From: Centroscyllium fabricii
Taxonomy: Eukaryota
Length of the DNA stretch: 64,000 nt
Assembly: GCA_051313645.2 (NCBI GenBank)
Contig: JBNRSN020000002.1
Coordinates: forward strand, 270,072,001-270,136,000
Reading direction: 5' to 3'
Below, piece after piece: positions 58,648-64,000 of this stretch (position 1 is the stretch's first letter; every line of letters starts with the position of its first letter). Both the position numbers and the translations under genes were made by a program. A model generated the notes under the pieces. It made no database searches. It was not told where the DNA came from and worked only from the letters and a program-made list of their open reading frames with translations.

Positions 58648-59520
58648 AGGGGAATTTTTAAAAAGCTGTGGGAAGCTGGCGGGTTTTGGGCGGGTCAGTT
58701 TTCTGTCCCACCCGCCCAAGGACCTGGGAGGCCTGAGAGATTTTGTTTCAAGTGGCCAATTAAATCCCTGCCGAACTGTCGGGCTTCCAATACACACTAT
58801 TGGGCGGGAGCAAAGCCCTTCACATTCACAGTTTGAGTTGGGCGGGCTGTTGGTTGACAGGCCTGAGTAGTAAGAACTCACTAAGCTTGTTCCTATGTTT
58901 ACATAGCCATGTGAGTCAGACTTTGAAAGAAACACTTGAAACCACAAAACAAACAGTTGAAGTGAGTCATGTTTGTTTGTGGTTTCAATGGAATGTAAAC
59001 AGAAACTGATCCCCTAGGTGATTGACAGCTTGCTTCACAGACACAGCGCTGCAGCGCGATCTCTGTTAAATAGGAGCGATATGAAGATGAATGATTTCAA
59101 GGTTTTGGTCTCTGTAGTTTCTCACCCATGGGTGGCAGCTGCACCTCCAGCATGGTGGAGGCTAGCACGCTGCTGTGTGAGTGCTGTGCCCATGCCTTGA
59201 AGGTGGCAGACACCCAGCCGACTGGGTTCCCACCACCTTTTTCACAGCAGGTTTTTACCAGATGGGTTTTGGGTGGGAAGAGGGCTAAAATAGCTGAGGG
59301 CCCTTAAAATAGGATTAGCCATCCAATTAAGTACCCTCAACGACCTCAATCTGTATCCCCGCCGGTGGCTGGCGGGAGAAATGCGGGGTGGGAAAACTCG
59401 CCCGACGAAATGCACAAATGGGCGGGGATCTGGCGGGGTGCCTTCCCGCCCGCCGGATTGGAATTTTTAAAACTGACCCGCCAGAAACCCGCACTCAGGG
59501 ACCTCCTAAAATTCCCCCCC
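58648..59520. mobile_element. Harbinger-type MITE, diverged inverted homologue of 36509-37403
   Basis: GGGGAATTTTT...AAAATTCCCCCC ends; shared interior such as GCTGAGGGCCCTTAAAATAGGATTA. Confidence 0.75.
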
Positions 59521-60109
59521 ATGACTCAGTCCTGGACCTCTAGATTTGCTGAGTAAGAGTCTAGAAGTAGGTACATAACAGGAGTAGGTATAGATGAGGG
59601 AGCTGTCTCTTGGATCAACAACATCTCTGTCTCACTCAACACTCCAGCTCAGATGACCCAAACTGAGTAAGAAAGCAGGCAGGGCCAGGCATCCACAACA
59701 GTAATGGACATGGCTTTAACAGTTGAAAAACATCTCATGAGACGACCAGTGATACAGAGAAACCATTATTACAAGTGCAATCCTTTAAGTCCCAGCAGGC
59801 AGCCACCTGACTTCTTCCTTCCACTGGGGTAGCAGCCAGAAGGAACACTAAATTAGCCACAAACTCAGACACCATTGGGGACAGACCAAGGGAGAAACAT
59901 TAAATTATAACACACGAAGTATTTTTAGGTCAGTAAATACTTTGAATTCTATTTTCCACTTTGCCCAATGAGTAAATAATAATGGGACTAATTCTGTAGG
60001 AGGAGATGAATGATGAGGTCAAGTAGAAGATAATGGTGATCATTGTGTTGGTGGGAAAATTCATTGGCAACATACATTTAGGAGTTCTTGGATGGTGGTA
60101 ACTTTAAAG

Positions 60110-60860
60110 TTGCAGTGGACCTGTGAGAGGCACAGAGATCCGAGAGCGGGAGAGGCTGATTTAAACAGAGCCGAGAGCGGGAGAGGCTGATTTAAACAGA
60201 GCCGAGAGCTGGAGAGGCGGACCTGTGAGAGGCACAGAGCTCCGAGAGTGGGAGAGGCTGATTTAAACAGAGCCGAGAGTGGGAGAGGCGGACCTGTGAG
60301 AGGCACAGAGCTCCGAGAGCGGGAGAGGCTGATTTAAACAGAGCCGAGAGCGGGAGAGGCTGATTTAAACAGAGCCGAGAGCGGGAGAGGCGGACCTGCG
60401 AGAGGCACAGAGCTCCGAGAGCGGGAGAGAGAAGTAAAAAGTAATCGAAGTGTGACATCACCAGAAAGCAGGTAAGCGATTGGTTGGTAAGTATTGCACT
60501 CTTACTTGCTTTTTCCAAACTTACATTTTGTGGTTTATAGTTTCTAAGGTCTCTGTTGTGTAGCAGGGGCTGCTGGTAAACATGGGCCTTTGAGTATATC
60601 ATTTAATTGTAGTGTAATTGGTGGGATTGATTTAATTTAATTTAATTTGAATTAAAGGGTAAGTCATGGCAGCAAAGCTCGGCGCCATTGTATGCTCCTC
60701 CTGCGCTATGTGGGAAATCAGGGACACTTCATGTGTCCCTGTTGACCATGTGTGCAGGAAGTGTATCCAGCTGCAGCTACTGGCAGTCCGCATTGCGGCG
60801 CTGGAGCTGTGAATGGATACATACTGGAGCATTCGCAATGCTGAGGATGTTGTGGATATC
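60110..60860 (+). mobile_element. 5' end of a CR1 LINE: tandem-repeat 5' UTR and ORF1 start (ATG 60666)
   Basis: 31/40-bp GAGAGCGGGAGAGGC... repeats at 60110-60430. MAAKLGAIVCSSCAMWE...VCRKCIQLQLL is the zinc finger/leucine zipper typical of CR1 ORF1. Confidence 0.75.
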
Positions 60861-63800
60861 ATAGAAACATAAAAACATAGAAAATAGGTGCAGAGTAGAC
60901 CATTTGGCCCTTCAAGCCTGCACCGCCATTCAACACGTTCATGGCTGAACATGCTACATCTGTACCCCATTCCTGCTTTCTTGCCATATCCCTTGATCCC
61001 CCTAGTTGTAAATATTACATCTAACTCCCTTTTGAATATATTTAGTGAATTGGCCTAAACAACTTTCTATGGTAGAGAATTCCACAGGTTCACCACTCTC
61101 TGGGTGAAGAGGTTTCTCCTCATCTAGGTCCTAAATGGCTTACCCCTTATCCTTAGTCTATGCCCCCTGATTCTGGACTTCCCCAACAATGGGAACATTC
61201 TGCCCGCATCTAACCTGTCTAAACCCGTCAGTATTTTAAACATTTCTATGAGATGCCCCCTCATTCTTCTGAACTCCAGAGAGTACAAGTTCAGTTAATC
61301 CAGTCTTTCTTGATATGTCAGTCCGGCCATCCCGGGAATCAATCTAGTAAACCTTCGCTGCACTCCCTCAATAGCAAGAATGTCCTTCCTCAAGTTAGGA
61401 GACCAAAACTGCACACAATACTCCAAGTGTTGCCTCACCAATGCCCTGTATAACTAGCAACACCTCCCTACTCCTGTACTCAAATTCCCTCGCGATGAAC
61501 GCCAACATGCCATTTGCTTTCTTAAATGCCTGCTGCACCTGCATTTCCACCTTCAGTGACTGATGTACCATGACGCCCAGGTCTCGTTGCACCTCCCCTT
61601 TCCCTAATCTGTCACCATTCAGATAATAGTCTGTCTTTCTATTTTTACCACCAAAGTGGATAACCTCACATTTATCCACATTGTACTTCATCTGCCATAT
61701 ATTTGCCCATTCACCTAACCTGTCCAAGTCACTCTGTAGCCTCTTAGCATCCTCCTCGCAGCTCACATTGCCTCCCAATTTAGTGCCATCCCCAAATTTG
61801 GAGATATAACATTTAATCCCTTCGTCCAAATCATTAATATATAATGTAAACAGCAGGGGCCCCAGCACTGAACCTTGCGGTACCCCGCTGGTCAATGCCT
61901 GCCATTCTGAAAACTGTCCATTTACTCCTACTCTTTGTTTCCTGTGTGCCAACCAGTTCTCAATCCACATCAACACATTACCCCCAATCCCATGTGCTTT
62001 AACACTGCACACCAATCTCTTGTGTGGGACCTTGTCGAAAGCTTTCTGAAAGTCCAAGTACACCACATCCACTGGTTCTCCCTTGTCTATTCTATTGGAA
62101 ACATCCTCAAAAAATTCCAGAAGATTTGTCAAGCATGATTTCCCTTTCATAAATCCATGCTGACTTGGATCTATCATGTCACCACTTTGCAAATGGTCTG
62201 CTATGACATCCTTAATAATTGATTCCATCATTTTGCCCACTACCGATGTCAGGCTGACCGGTCTGTAATTCCCTGTTTTCTCCCTCCCTCCTTTTTTAAA
62301 AAGTGGGGTTACATTAGCCACCCTCCACTCCATCGGAACTGATCCAGAGTCTATGGAATGTTGGAAAATGATCGTCAATGCATCCACTATTTCCAAGGCC
62401 ACCTCTTTAAGTACTCTGGGATGCAGACCATCAGGCCCTGGGGATTTATCAGCCTTCAGTCCCATCAATTTCCCCAACACATTTTCCCTAATAAGGATTT
62501 CCCTCAGCTCCTCCTTTTTACTAGGCCCTCTGACCCCTTTTGTGTCTGGAAGGTTGTTTGTGTCCTCATTAGTAAATACCGAACCAAAGTACTTGTTCAA
62601 TTGATCTGCCATTTCTTTGTTCCCCATTATGACTTCCCCTGATTCTGACTGCAGGGGACCTACGTTTGTTTTTACTAACCTCTTTCTCTTTACATATCTA
62701 TAGAAGCTTTTGCAGTCAGTTTTAATGTTCTGCAAGCTTCCTTTCATATTCTATTTTCGCTGCCTTAATCAAACCCTTCGTCCTCCTCTGCTGAGTTTTA
62801 AATTTTTCCCAGTCCCCGGGTTTGCTGCTACTTCTGGACAATTTGTATGCCACTTCCTTGGCTTTAATACTATCCCTGATTTCCCTTGTTAGCCATGGTT
62901 GAGACACCTTCCCTTTTTTATTTTTACGCCAGTGATGTACAATTGTTGCAGTTCATCCATGTGATCTCTAAATGTCTGCCATTGCCCATCCACTGATAAC
63001 CCCTTAAATATCGTTTGCCAATCTAACCTAGCCAATTCATGCCTCATGCCTTCAAAGTTGCCTTTATTTAAGTTTTGGACCATGGTCTCTGAATTAACTG
63101 TTTCCTTCTCCATCCTAATGTAGAACTCCACCATACTATAGTCACTCTTCCCCAAGGCGCCTTGCACCACAAGATTTCTAATTAGTCCTCCCTCATTACA
63201 CAACACCCAGTCCAGGATGGCCTCCCCTCTAGTTGGTTCCTCAACATATTGGTCGAGGAAACCATCCCTTAGGCACTCCAGGAAATCCTCCTCTACCATA
63301 TTGCTTCCAGTTTGAGTAGCCCAATCTACATACATATTAAAGTCACCCATGATAACAGCTGTGCCTTTATTGCACACACCCCTTATTTCCTGTTTCATAC
63401 CCTCCCCCACCTCCCTACTACTGTTTGGAGGTCTGTACACAACTCCCACTAATGTTTTCTGTCCTTTGGTGTTCTGCAGGTCTACCCAGATGGATTCCAC
63501 AGCCTCCAAGCTAATGTCCTTCCTAGCTATTGCATTAATCTCCTTTTTAACCAGCAATGCTACCCCACCCCCTTTTCCTTTTTTTCTATCTTTCCTGAAT
63601 GTTGAATATCCCTGGATGTTCAGTTCCCAGCCCTGATCATTCTGGAGCCACATCTCTGTAATCCCAATCACATCATATCCGTTAACATCTATTTGCACAG
63701 TTAATTTATCCACCTTATTACGGATACTCCTTGCATTAAGACACAGAGCCTTCAGGCTTGTTTTTTTAACACCCGTTGTCCTTTTAGATTTATGCTTTAG

Positions 63801-64000
63801 TGTGGCCCTTTGTGTTTCTTGCCCTTGTTTACTCGGCCTTCCCCTATTGCTTCTCACCCTTCTACCATTTGTTTCAGACTGCATATTACTTCCCCCTGTT
63901 TCACTGCCTAAGTTCCCAACCCCCTGCCATATTAGTTTAAAACCTCCCGAACTGCATTAGCAAATGTTACCCCCAGGACATCGGTTCCAGTCCTGCCCAA
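60861..64000 (-). mobile_element. CR1 LINE (ORF1 C-terminus, frameshifted ORF2, 3' tail) inserted into the ORF1 of another CR1
   Basis: APE 62889-63884 (LNARS, ITEMW, YRPP, MGDFN), RT 61395-62747 (YLDFQKAFDKV, GVPQGS), tail (TTCTATGT)n at 60861. Confidence 0.92.

Overview
This is eukaryotic, repeat-dense DNA with no recognisable host gene. An HE1-type V-SINE, CR1 LINEs and Penelope and Harbinger remnants point to a cartilaginous fish (inference). The window holds: two CsRn1-clade Ty3/Gypsy elements with a tRNA-Trp primer-binding site (PBS), one fully intact; six members of a second Gypsy lineage (labelled 0 and A-E), four of them in two nests; a degenerate Mag-like Gypsy; Crack-like, CR1, Rex1 and L1 LINE pieces; Harbinger Myb/transposase remnants; MITEs; and Penelope fold-backs with hammerhead-like motifs. 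Main observation: none of the six second-lineage elements has a tRNA PBS. In each, the 12-14 nt at the PBS position are the reverse complement of the element's own LTR segment ending in the poly(A) signal, and the pairing co-varies between elements. The five copies whose pol lies in the window lack the second Asp of YxDD (YLDN in four, YLNN in one) and carry GCCATNTT (YY1-like) arrays in the Gag-protease linker. The four that keep a polypurine tract (PPT) fold it into a hairpin. This suggests a tRNA-independent, self-priming retrotransposon lineage whose primer duplex may also block 5' LTR polyadenylation. Coordinates and mismatch counts were read by eye; no database searches were run.
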